A DNA stretch of 64,000 bases from Bordetella parapertussis (GTDB taxonomy: Bacteria; Pseudomonadota; Gammaproteobacteria; Burkholderiales; SG8-39). The stretch is taken from contig CAMAXP010000002.1 of NCBI GenBank assembly GCA_945862265.1, positions 96,204 through 160,203 on the forward strand, in the 5' to 3' direction. Both the position numbers and the translations under genes were made by a program. Positions 48,200 through 54,084 of the stretch are shown piece by piece. The stretch's first letter is position 1, and the number at the start of each line of letters is the position of its first letter. The notes below the pieces were generated by a model. The model was not told the origin of the DNA and did no database searches. It worked only from the letters and a program-made list of their open reading frames with translations.

Positions 48200-48285
48200 G
48201 CAGGCATCATGGCGAAACACGTCCCTGCCGTAAAAGTCAAAGGCTCGGTGCGCGAACAAGGCCGGATCTGATTCCCCGCGTTTCG

Positions 48286-48372
48286 GCATAGCGCTTTGGT
48301 CTGCAGCGGGCCAGAACTGAATGTTGGTCCCGCGCGATGCGGGCTGCCCGTCCGCAGCACCTGTAGTTATGC
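48286..48372 (-). repeat. attC site (terminal, distal end of array 1)
   Basis: GCATAGC-GCTTTGGTCTGCAGCGGGCC ... GGGCTGCCCGTCCGCAGCACCTGTA-GTTATGC. The distal core reads GCTATGC on the cassette strand (GTT changed to GCT). The stop codon of the 48367 ORF lies in the core. Confidence 0.7.
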
Positions 48373-48690
48373 TTCAACACGAATCAGTTGCCCCGGTCGG
48401 ACGGCTGTGATCGCGGTCAACCCCGCCGGAACAAGAGGCAGCAGGTCCTCGAGGGCATTACTCGTAGCGCAGAGTACGACCACGCCAAGACGTCGCTTCG
48501 AGATGTTCTGCTGAAACTCAAGATTCTGATCGCCGGTCAAGAATACCGAGAACCCAGCGTTCTCGGCTTGGGTCAGCAATGCACCATTCTTGAGACCGGC
48601 CCACGATTCTTGGTGAACCGTACGAGCGTCGTGGCCGACCAAGTACGGCGCTAGCTGCCGAGGAAGCTGCTCATCAAGCAGAATGCGCAA
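48367..48690 (-). CDS. DUF5615-family PIN-like putative toxin
   Basis: 107 aa. MRILLDEQLPRQLAPYL...VFLTGDQNL. Second, divergent copy of this family in the region. Confidence 0.7.
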   Translation of the reverse strand: MRILLDEQLPRQLAPYLVGHDARTVHQESWAGLKNGALLTQAENAGFSVFLTGDQNLEFQQNISKRRLGVVVLCATSNALEDLLPLVPAGLTAITAVRPGQLIRVEA

Positions 48691-48907
48691 GATCGCTCAC
48701 GGCTTCGTGAGCAGCTTCCAATGACGCGACCGCTTGCTCTCGGGAAACACTTGGAAAGGAGTCGAGAAACTCGTCGAGACTGTGGTTTCGTTCGAGGTAG
48801 TCGATCAGATTGCGGAATGGAACGCGAGTCCCGACAAACACGGGCGTGCCTCCAAGAATATCCGGATCGCTGTGAACGCTGTGAACGACTGGCGCTGTGT
48901 TTGGCAT
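48674..48907 (-). CDS. DUF433-family putative antitoxin
   Basis: ATG at 48907. DPDILGGTPVFVGTRVPFRNLIDYLERNHSLDEFLDSFPSV. The upstream part of the ORF-track call runs into the attC. Confidence 0.75.
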   Translation of the reverse strand: MPNTAPVVHSVHSDPDILGGTPVFVGTRVPFRNLIDYLERNHSLDEFLDSFPSVSREQAVASLEAAHEAVSDLAHSA

Positions 48908-48952
48908 GTCGGTCCCTCTGTTCGTCAATTTTAGCTCATCGCCCGCGTTGAG

Positions 48953-49042
48953 GCATAACGCTGTGGTCAACGGCAGGCGCGCATGGTGGTCGATGAGAAA
49001 GTCATGGCCGCTTTCGCCTGTCCGTTGCGCCTAGAGTTATAC
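48953..49042 (-). repeat. attC site
   Basis: GCATAAC-GCTGTGGTCAACGGCAGG ... GGCCGCTTTCGCCTGTCCGTTGCGCCTAGA-GTTATAC. The right arm is nearly identical to the attC at 52410. Confidence 0.8.
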
Positions 49043-49322
49043 GTTGCGATTTTTCGGTGAGACGTCCGGTCACATACTTATGTAAGACGCTGGCAATCAG
49101 CGTTTGATAGGGAACACCCTCTTCAAGCGCTTTAACCTGTATGTCGCCAAGATCAATGGAAGACAACCGAATATTCACCCTGCGATCCTTAATTGCAGTG
49201 GCCCTTGCCGCGGTTTTTAGTTTTGCAAGCTCGCCCTTGGTGGCAATAGATTTGAGTTTGCCTTTTTCGTAGGCATCCAATACTTCTCTTTCGTAGGCAT
49301 CAAGTTTCGGCATTCGGATCAC
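49002..49322 (-). CDS. brnA: BrnA-type (CopG-like) antitoxin
   Basis: 106 aa. RRVNIRLSSIDLGDIQVKALEEGVPYQTLIASVLHKYVTG. The last ~13 codons are encoded by the attC. Confidence 0.75.
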   Translation of the reverse strand: MIRMPKLDAYEREVLDAYEKGKLKSIATKGELAKLKTAARATAIKDRRVNIRLSSIDLGDIQVKALEEGVPYQTLIASVLHKYVTGRLTEKSQRITLGATDRRKRP

Positions 49323-49593
49323 CCTTTATCAACCTCTCCCTCGTTGCCTTGCGGCTGGGAATCACGGTCTTCAGGAAGTAATAGTCGTCTTCCTCTACAT
49401 ACGGTACCAAGTACGCGTAGCCATCGATTGCAACTATCATGACTTTTTGACGCGGGTAGCGGGCCAGGTTTGGATGGTCTGTCATATCTAACAGGCCACC
49501 CGATTCGACGGCCACCACGACACGCTCGAAAGACATTCCTCGTTCCGCCTTGAGTGATTCGTTCTTTTCAGAATTCCAGCGAAACGGCTTCAT
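49300..49593 (-). CDS. brnT: BrnT-type (DUF497) toxin
   Basis: 97 aa. FRWNSEKNESLKAERGMSFERV...AYLVPYVEEDDYYFLKTVIPSRKATR. Overlaps brnA by 23 nt. Confidence 0.7.
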   Translation of the reverse strand: MKPFRWNSEKNESLKAERGMSFERVVVAVESGGLLDMTDHPNLARYPRQKVMIVAIDGYAYLVPYVEEDDYYFLKTVIPSRKATRERLIKGDPNAET

Positions 49594-49652
49594 TGGCTTA
49601 GCATAAACGACTGTGTGCCTTTTGTCACCACACTTGGCCGAAGCTTAGCAGC

Positions 49653-49739
49653 GTATAACGTGGAAACCACTGGCGCGCGTGCGCCGGTCGGCGATTTGCG
49701 CGGTAGCTCACGCGCGTCCGGTGCGTTGCCGGGTTATGC
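49653..49739 (-). repeat. attC site
   Basis: GTATAAC-GTGGAAACCACTGGCGCGCG ... CGCGCGTCCGGTGCGTTGCCGG-GTTATGC. The HicB stop lies in the core. Confidence 0.75.
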
Positions 49740-49946
49740 CGCAATATCGACGTACTCAACGCGACTTGCCGGTTGCGGAATAGCGATCCCATCTTCGCGC
49801 ATGCCGTCGAGATGGAATTCGATCGCTTCGCGGATTTGCGATTCCGCCTCCTCTACGGTGGCACCTGTCGCGACACACCCCGGAAGGTCGGGCACGTAAG
49901 CCGAGAAATTACCCTCGGCCTTCTCGATCACGATGGCATAGCGCAT
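49734..49946 (-). CDS. hicB: HicB-family antitoxin
   Basis: 70 aa. MRYAIVIEKAEGNFSAYVPDLPGCVATGATVEEA is the HicB/UPF0150 N-terminal domain. Confidence 0.85.
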   Translation of the reverse strand: MRYAIVIEKAEGNFSAYVPDLPGCVATGATVEEAESQIREAIEFHLDGMREDGIAIPQPASRVEYVDIAA

Positions 49947-49953
49947 GGGAGCC

Positions 49954-50142
49954 TCACTTCTTCAGACCAGACTGTTTCAGGATACTGTTTAGAGTGCCAG
50001 GTGCCAAGTCGTCGCTTGGCTTTCCCGGGACGGTGACACGGCCTGGCTTTGAAGAATGCTTGAATTGCCGGTGGCTGCCGCGTGTAGCCACCAGAAACCA
50101 GCCATCGTCACCAAGAATTCTCAGTATTTCGCTGACCTTCAT
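49954..50142 (-). CDS. hicA: HicA-family mRNA interferase toxin
   Basis: 62 aa. ILGDDGWFLVATRGSHRQFKHSSKPGRVTVPGK...LAPGTLNSILKQSGL. Confidence 0.85.
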   Translation of the reverse strand: MKVSEILRILGDDGWFLVATRGSHRQFKHSSKPGRVTVPGKPSDDLAPGTLNSILKQSGLKK

Positions 50143-50194
50143 GCAATCAGCATATCAAGGACCCGGTTTCTATGCCGGGAGAGCCAGCTTTGCG

Positions 50195-50284
50195 ACATAA
50201 CGTGGAGGCGTGCGGCGCGCCGCGATAACTGCTTGCCAACGGGACACTTGAGCCGGCGCGTCCGGCACCGCCGCCAGGTTATGT
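50195..50284 (-). repeat. attC site
   Basis: ACATAAC-GTGGAGGCGTGCGGCGCGCCG ... CCGGCGCGTCCGGCACCGCCGCCAG-GTTATGT. Confidence 0.75.
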
Positions 50285-50288
50285 GTCA

Positions 50289-50582
50289 TCAGAGTTGATA
50301 GCGGGTGATGTCGAGCGATCCGTGAAAGACACCGAGGACATCGATGTTTCCGTCGCCTTTGATGAGGTATGCGATTCGGTAGTGACCGTAGAGCAGTATT
50401 CGCACGTGTCGCGATGAGGCAGCGTAGCGGGAGCCGATTTCGGGAAATCTGGCGAGATCCTGCACCCGCTCGTAGATACCGAGAACCGTTCGCGTGGCCG
50501 CCTGAGGGTTTTCCGCCGCTACGTATTCAAAGATGTCTGTCAGCCAGCGCTGGGCCTCTTCGGTCCAGCTTATTTCTGCCAT
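50289..50582 (-). CDS. type II toxin, ParE/RelE family
   Basis: 97 aa. AQRWLTDIFEYVAAENPQAA...HYRIAYLIKGDGNIDVLGVFHGS. Confidence 0.8.
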   Translation of the reverse strand: MAEISWTEEAQRWLTDIFEYVAAENPQAATRTVLGIYERVQDLARFPEIGSRYAASSRHVRILLYGHYRIAYLIKGDGNIDVLGVFHGSLDITRYQL

Positions 50583-50755
50583 GACCGAATGCGGCGACCC
50601 ATTTCTTCGTTTGAGATGGTGCGTTTCGCGTCGGAGTCAGCGAGCCCGTTCTCGACCATGACGTGCAAGGCGAGCTCGCGCACGATTTCTTCGCGAGAAC
50701 TGTCCTCAGGCTGCCCTTGAATCAGGCGGGTGAGTTCTTCCTTTGCAGTAGCCAT
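50570..50755 (-). CDS. small acidic putative antitoxin (ParE-associated)
   Basis: 61 aa. Called from its position (13-nt overlap upstream of the ParE gene) and its size. I do not recognise the family. Confidence 0.55.
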   Translation of the reverse strand: MATAKEELTRLIQGQPEDSSREEIVRELALHVMVENGLADSDAKRTISNEEMGRRIRSWQK

Positions 50756-50811
50756 GACAACCTCCGATTTGAATGCAATTCTGCCTCAGTTTTTTGATCT
50801 GTGGGAATGAC

Positions 50812-50877
50812 ACATAACGTTCGCGTTGAGCGGCGCACCGCTTGTTGGTGCGTCCGGTCTCGAACGCGTCGTTAGAT
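50812..50877 (-). repeat. attC site
   Basis: ACATAAC-GTTCGCGTTGAGCGGCGCACC ... GGTGCGTCCGGTCTCGAACGCGTC-GTTAGAT, 66 bp with complementary arms. Confidence 0.7.
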
Positions 50878-50915
50878 GGCAGAAGGTGCATACATTCAGT
50901 CCTGTCAGTTCCGCC

Positions 50916-51587
50916 TCACTGTACTGGTCGCGGCACGGGCGGGTAGTACTGAGGTGCCTCACCGCGACTGAACATGCCGTAATCGCGCATCACCTCAAAC
51001 ACACGAAAGTACTCGGTCGTCGAATCGGCAAAAAGTTTCCGACCAAAGTCGACGCCGGCGTCAGATGACGGCACGTCAATAAGATGCGCAAAAACTCCGG
51101 GTCTGTAGACGCTCTCGAACACGTCACGTTTCCAGGGCGTTTCAACCGACAATTCTCGATTCCGAGATTCCGAGGCGACGACAAAAGTCGGTGGCCGCCT
51201 CTTGGGATCGTTGTACGGACTCAGTCGCTCGGGACGCCACGCCGATTTTTCGAGCCGCTCCTCATGGAGGACCTGTGCGATCCGAATGCGGTAGTCGTCG
51301 AAGACTTTCTCGCGGCCTGCTTCTTGAACCGCATGGTGCTTTGGATCGACCCGCCAAGCGATCATTGATCCCTCGTCCTGCCATATCTGATATGAGAGCA
51401 GGAGATTCTTGCGATTCAAGCTCTTGAACCGGTCGATGAATAGGCAGCCTCCCATGGCTTCCAGGGATGGTTTCAATGAAGCCGCGAGATCCAGATAGCG
51501 ATTGATCTGCCCTTCTTTTATTTGAACTTCGAAAAATTGCGAAATCAAGGCCGTTAGCACCTTATGAGATGGGCAGGAGGTCAACAA
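50916..51587 (-). CDS. cassette protein, tandem ABM-like (antibiotic biosynthesis monooxygenase / Dabb fold) domains; function unknown
   Basis: 223 aa. The first half (LISQFFEVQIKEGQINRYLD...YQIWQDEGSMIAWRVDPKHHAVQ) looks ABM-like, and the second half is of similar length. Start uncertain (TTG at 51587, no clear RBS). Confidence 0.55.
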   Translation of the reverse strand: MLTSCPSHKVLTALISQFFEVQIKEGQINRYLDLAASLKPSLEAMGGCLFIDRFKSLNRKNLLLSYQIWQDEGSMIAWRVDPKHHAVQEAGREKVFDDYRIRIAQVLHEERLEKSAWRPERLSPYNDPKRRPPTFVVASESRNRELSVETPWKRDVFESVYRPGVFAHLIDVPSSDAGVDFGRKLFADSTTEYFRVFEVMRDYGMFSRGEAPQYYPPVPRPVQ

Positions 51588-51631
51588 AAATGCCAGCGTG
51601 CCTCTTGAGAAGCGCCATTCCTACTATAGCC

Positions 51632-51718
51632 ATCTAACGTCTTGGTGAACGGCGGGCCAGCACTGTGGTTGAACAAGGTGTGACGCTTCCGGCCCGTCCG
51701 TTCCACCTGTAGTTGGGC
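51632..51718 (-). repeat. attC site
   Basis: ATCTAAC-GTCTTGGTGAACGGCGGGCC ... GGCCCGTCCGTTCCACCTGTA-GTTGGGC. Confidence 0.8.
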
Positions 51719-51728
51719 TTCACCCGGG

Positions 51729-52040
51729 CTACCGCTGCGGAACCAGTCGGATTTCGATATCGCACCCGACCGCCGCGGCATACTTCTTCAGGGAGGTCAG
51801 CGATGGGGCATGTTTGCCAGCTGATTCGAGACGCGATACCGCGCTCTTGGTCGTGCCCATGCGCGAGGCGACCACCTCTTGGGTGAGTCCGGCACGAGCG
51901 CGTGCAGCGAGCATTTGGTTCGCAACGGCGTATTCGACCGCAAGAGCTTCATAAGCGGCCTTGAATCCCCGGCGCTTGCTCGCTTTCTTAAGAAAGGCGT
52001 CGTGGTCGTGCCGAACGGGCTGGTACTTGAGTTCTGCCAT
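51729..52040 (-). CDS. XRE-family HTH antitoxin (HigA-like)
   Basis: 103 aa. HTH LTQEVVASRMGTTKSAVSRLE downstream of a gp49-like toxin. Confidence 0.8.
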   Translation of the reverse strand: MAELKYQPVRHDHDAFLKKASKRRGFKAAYEALAVEYAVANQMLAARARAGLTQEVVASRMGTTKSAVSRLESAGKHAPSLTSLKKYAAAVGCDIEIRLVPQR

Positions 52041-52359
52041 TTAGCACCTCTTTCATGCGTTTGCGAGCCAACTTCAGCTCTCGGTCTGGTGTTTGCCGTG
52101 CTTTCTTAATGAACGCGTGCAGCACCATGACGCGTTGGCCAACGAGAAAGCAATAGAACGCTCGTCCTATGCCCGACTTGCCCTTCGGTCTGAGTTCGAA
52201 GAGGCCATCTCCGAACGGACGCGAATGCGGAAGTCGCAGGTTCGGGCCGTGCTCCGTGAGAAGCTCAACAATCCTTGCATAGTCCGCGAGAACATCTGCG
52301 GCCCACGATTCGATCTCTGCAAGAACTTTCGGATGAAAGTATTCGATGGAGTACGGCAC
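51988..52359 (-). CDS. gp49-like RelE/HigB-family toxin
   Basis: GTG start. IEYFHPKVLAEIESW...LRLPHSRPFGDGLFELRPKGKSGIGRAFYCF...VLHAFIKK. The 3' end overlaps the antitoxin by 53 nt, so the C-terminal ~17 aa may be non-native. Confidence 0.75.
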   Translation of the reverse strand: MPYSIEYFHPKVLAEIESWAADVLADYARIVELLTEHGPNLRLPHSRPFGDGLFELRPKGKSGIGRAFYCFLVGQRVMVLHAFIKKARQTPDRELKLARKRMKEVLNGRTQVPARSARPRRLS

Positions 52360-52409
52360 GACGCGAGGTTCGCATATTTGAGAACACGGGTCAAGCGTTG
52401 AATGGTGAA

Positions 52410-52499
52410 GCCCAACGTCATGGTCAACGGCGGGCGGGTGACGCCGTTCGCGAAAAATTGAAGGCCGCTTTCGCCTGTCCGTTGCACCTATAGTTGGGC
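52410..52499 (-). repeat. attC site
   Basis: GCCCAAC-GTCATGGTCAACGGCGGGCGG ... GGCCGCTTTCGCCTGTCCGTTGCACCTATA-GTTGGGC. Confidence 0.8.
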
Positions 52500-52506
52500 A
52501 TCGTGA

Positions 52507-52806
52507 TTAGACGCGATTTGCTTGAGCATGAAGTTTCAAACCAAGCGCTCCGATTACCTTGAGGATGGTGTCAAAGCCGGGGCTACGCTCGCCTGAAAGT
52601 GCCTTGTATAAGCTTTCTCGGGACAGCCCGGCATCTCGAGCCACCTGTGACATACCTTTCGCGCGTGCTATATCACCGAGCGCTTTGGCAATAAATGCGG
52701 CATCACCATTTGCTTCTTCAAAGCAAGCTTCGAGATAGGCGGCCATTTCTTCCTGAGTTCTGAGATGCTCGGCGACATCGTAACGAGTCGTGGTTATTTT
52801 GGTCAT
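52507..52806 (-). CDS. addiction-module antidote protein (HigA family, TIGR02684-like)
   Basis: 99 aa. YDVAEHLRTQEEMAAYLEA...IARAKGMSQVARDAGLSRESLYKALSG. Confidence 0.85.
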   Translation of the reverse strand: MTKITTTRYDVAEHLRTQEEMAAYLEACFEEANGDAAFIAKALGDIARAKGMSQVARDAGLSRESLYKALSGERSPGFDTILKVIGALGLKLHAQANRV

Positions 52807-53109
52807 TTAGGTTTCTCCAAAAGGATGCGAGCAAACTGCAATGCTGCTTTGATATCTTTGGCCTGAGAGATTTTTGTCTCCTCCAGCCAGGAGGATGACC
52901 AATTCTTGGCCTCGTTTCTTGAAATACACTCGATAGCCGGGGCCATAATCTATTCGCATTTCCGAGACACCCTCTCCAACCGGCTCTACATCGCCGGGAT
53001 TGCCGGCGGCTAGTCGTTCAATGCGAGCTTGGACACAAGCTCTAGCTTGAATATCACGCAGACCATCGAGCCATTGGATGAATGCATCTGTTTTGCGAAC
53101 TTCGACCAT
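52807..53109 (-). CDS. addiction-module killer protein (TIGR02683-like RelE/HigB), apparently frameshifted near the 3' end
   Basis: FIQWLDGLRD...RIERLAAGNPGDVEPVGEGVSEMRIDYGPGYRVYFKKRG..LLAGGDK. After the A5 run (plus-strand T5 at 52871-52875) the family-like tail SQAKDIKAALQFARILLEKPK* lies in the -1 frame. That tail ends in the canonical ATGA overlap with the antidote gene. Confidence 0.7.
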   Translation of the reverse strand: MVEVRKTDAFIQWLDGLRDIQARACVQARIERLAAGNPGDVEPVGEGVSEMRIDYGPGYRVYFKKRGQELVILLAGGDKNLSGQRYQSSIAVCSHPFGET

Positions 53110-53168
53110 GGACGCACCGTATCCGCAAGGCTACACTCTGTCAAGCGTGCGAAGGCGGCTCCTAAGAT

Positions 53169-53225
53169 GCCCAACGTTCGAATTGTTCGGCGCCGGCAGG
53201 CGTCCGCACCAATGAATAGTTGGGC
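53169..53225 (-). repeat. attC site (short)
   Basis: GCCCAAC-GTTCGAATTGTTCGGCGCCGG ... CGTCCGCACCAATGAATA-GTTGGGC, 57 bp. Confidence 0.7.
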
Positions 53226-53249
53226 ATTGCTCCGGCGGAACTGGTCTGT

Positions 53250-53542
53250 TTACGCTCGCGCGCCGCCATAGCCCGGGCGCTTTCTGTCGTGCTTGACGAC
53301 CAAGACCTTAATCTCATCCGCACCGGTGCGATAGATCACAGTGTACGGAAAGATGCTCATCGAAAACCACGTCGGCCTTTGGTACGTGGTGATCCGATAC
53401 CCGGCTGTTCGATGAGGAGATCTGAAAGCCGCTTGAACTCGGCGACGAACCTTGCAGCCAGAACAGACGAACCCTCGCGCTCGTAGAACGCGGCAGCTTC
53501 ATGAATGTCTTGTTCAGCGCCTGGGTGAAGCGTGACCTTCAT
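53250..53542 (-). pseudogene. ParE/RelE-family toxin, frameshifted
   Basis: N-terminal 61 aa (MKVTLHPGAEQDIHEAAAFYE...GIGSPRTKGRRGF) then a stop. The conserved C-terminus SMSIFPYTVIYRTGADEIKVLVVKHDRKRPGYG* continues in another frame. One extra T in the T4 run (plus-strand A4 at 53363-53366) would restore the frame. Confidence 0.75.
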
Positions 53543-53766
53543 TCAGGGAAGCGCGCTTCCAATCTGGCAATAGCAACGTCGAGCGGCACTGACCGAACGG
53601 CGCCTGTTTCAAGCTCTTGTTCTCGCTTGTCCGCAAGGTCATCCCAGGCGGCCTCCGCGTCGCTGTCGACGTCGAGGCTTGCGATCAGTCGATCGAGGAG
53701 CCGCGCTCTGTCTGCCGGTGACAGACGCAGCACCTCGGCTTGCAGCGTTTCAAGCGTAGTTGACAT
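53539..53766 (-). CDS. addiction-module antitoxin (TIGR02574-like, ParE-associated)
   Basis: 75 aa. LQAEVLRLSPADRARLLDRLIASLD...AWDDLADKREQELETG. RBS AGGAGA. 4-nt overlap with the toxin. Confidence 0.75.
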   Translation of the reverse strand: MSTTLETLQAEVLRLSPADRARLLDRLIASLDVDSDAEAAWDDLADKREQELETGAVRSVPLDVAIARLEARFPE

Positions 53767-53844
53767 CCGTATCTCCTCAGTGTCCGCGTTCTTCGAAGAT
53801 CATAGCTTGCCACAAATCCGAAGTGCGCCTGCGGGGGTGACGAC

Positions 53845-54084
53845 GCCCAACGTGAAGTGGGTTGCCGAAAAACCGGAATGCGTTCCGTGGATTTGTAACT
53901 CATTTTGTCATCCCTTTGTAAGGTCGAGACGTTAGGCGCATTCCGGCATAAAAACGTTCTGTTATTCGGGCGAATGCGACTTTGCATTCCGCCAAGTTGC
54001 AACTGACTTTGTCATCGTTTTTTGGATTCAACGCGTTAAGCCTTCCGCAGCATTAAAAATACATGTTATTCGCGGAGGTGGATA
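53845..54084 (-). other. attI region (approximate) and intI / cassette promoter region
   Basis: The first cassette junction reads GTTGGGC on the cassette strand (plus-strand GCCCAAC at 53845-53851). Between it and the intI start is AT-richer DNA with repeated TTTGT(A/C)A motifs. No attC-like hairpin. Confidence 0.5.

Noticed and set aside
52167-52487. 106-aa minus-strand ORF
   Set aside because: It begins inside the attC at 52410-52499 and then runs out of frame over the gp49-like toxin gene. It is an attC read-through artefact.
42373-53225. Regularly spaced repeats that might be mistaken for a CRISPR array
   Set aside because: The repeats are imperfect palindromes of variable length (45-108 bp) with RYYYAAC/GTTRRRY ends. 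They are separated by gene-sized (0.5-0.9 kb) coding units, so they are attC sites, not CRISPR repeats. No cas genes are present.
53685-54002. 105-aa minus-strand ORF across the attI region
   Set aside because: No RBS and no recognisable similarity. It overlaps the antitoxin start and the non-coding attI region, and it is AT-rich with an odd composition.
54020-54084. Possible LexA (SOS) box upstream of intI
   Set aside because: I looked for CTGT-N8-ACAG. Only a loose CAGCATTAAAAATACATG is present, which does not fit the consensus. SOS control cannot be claimed from this sequence.
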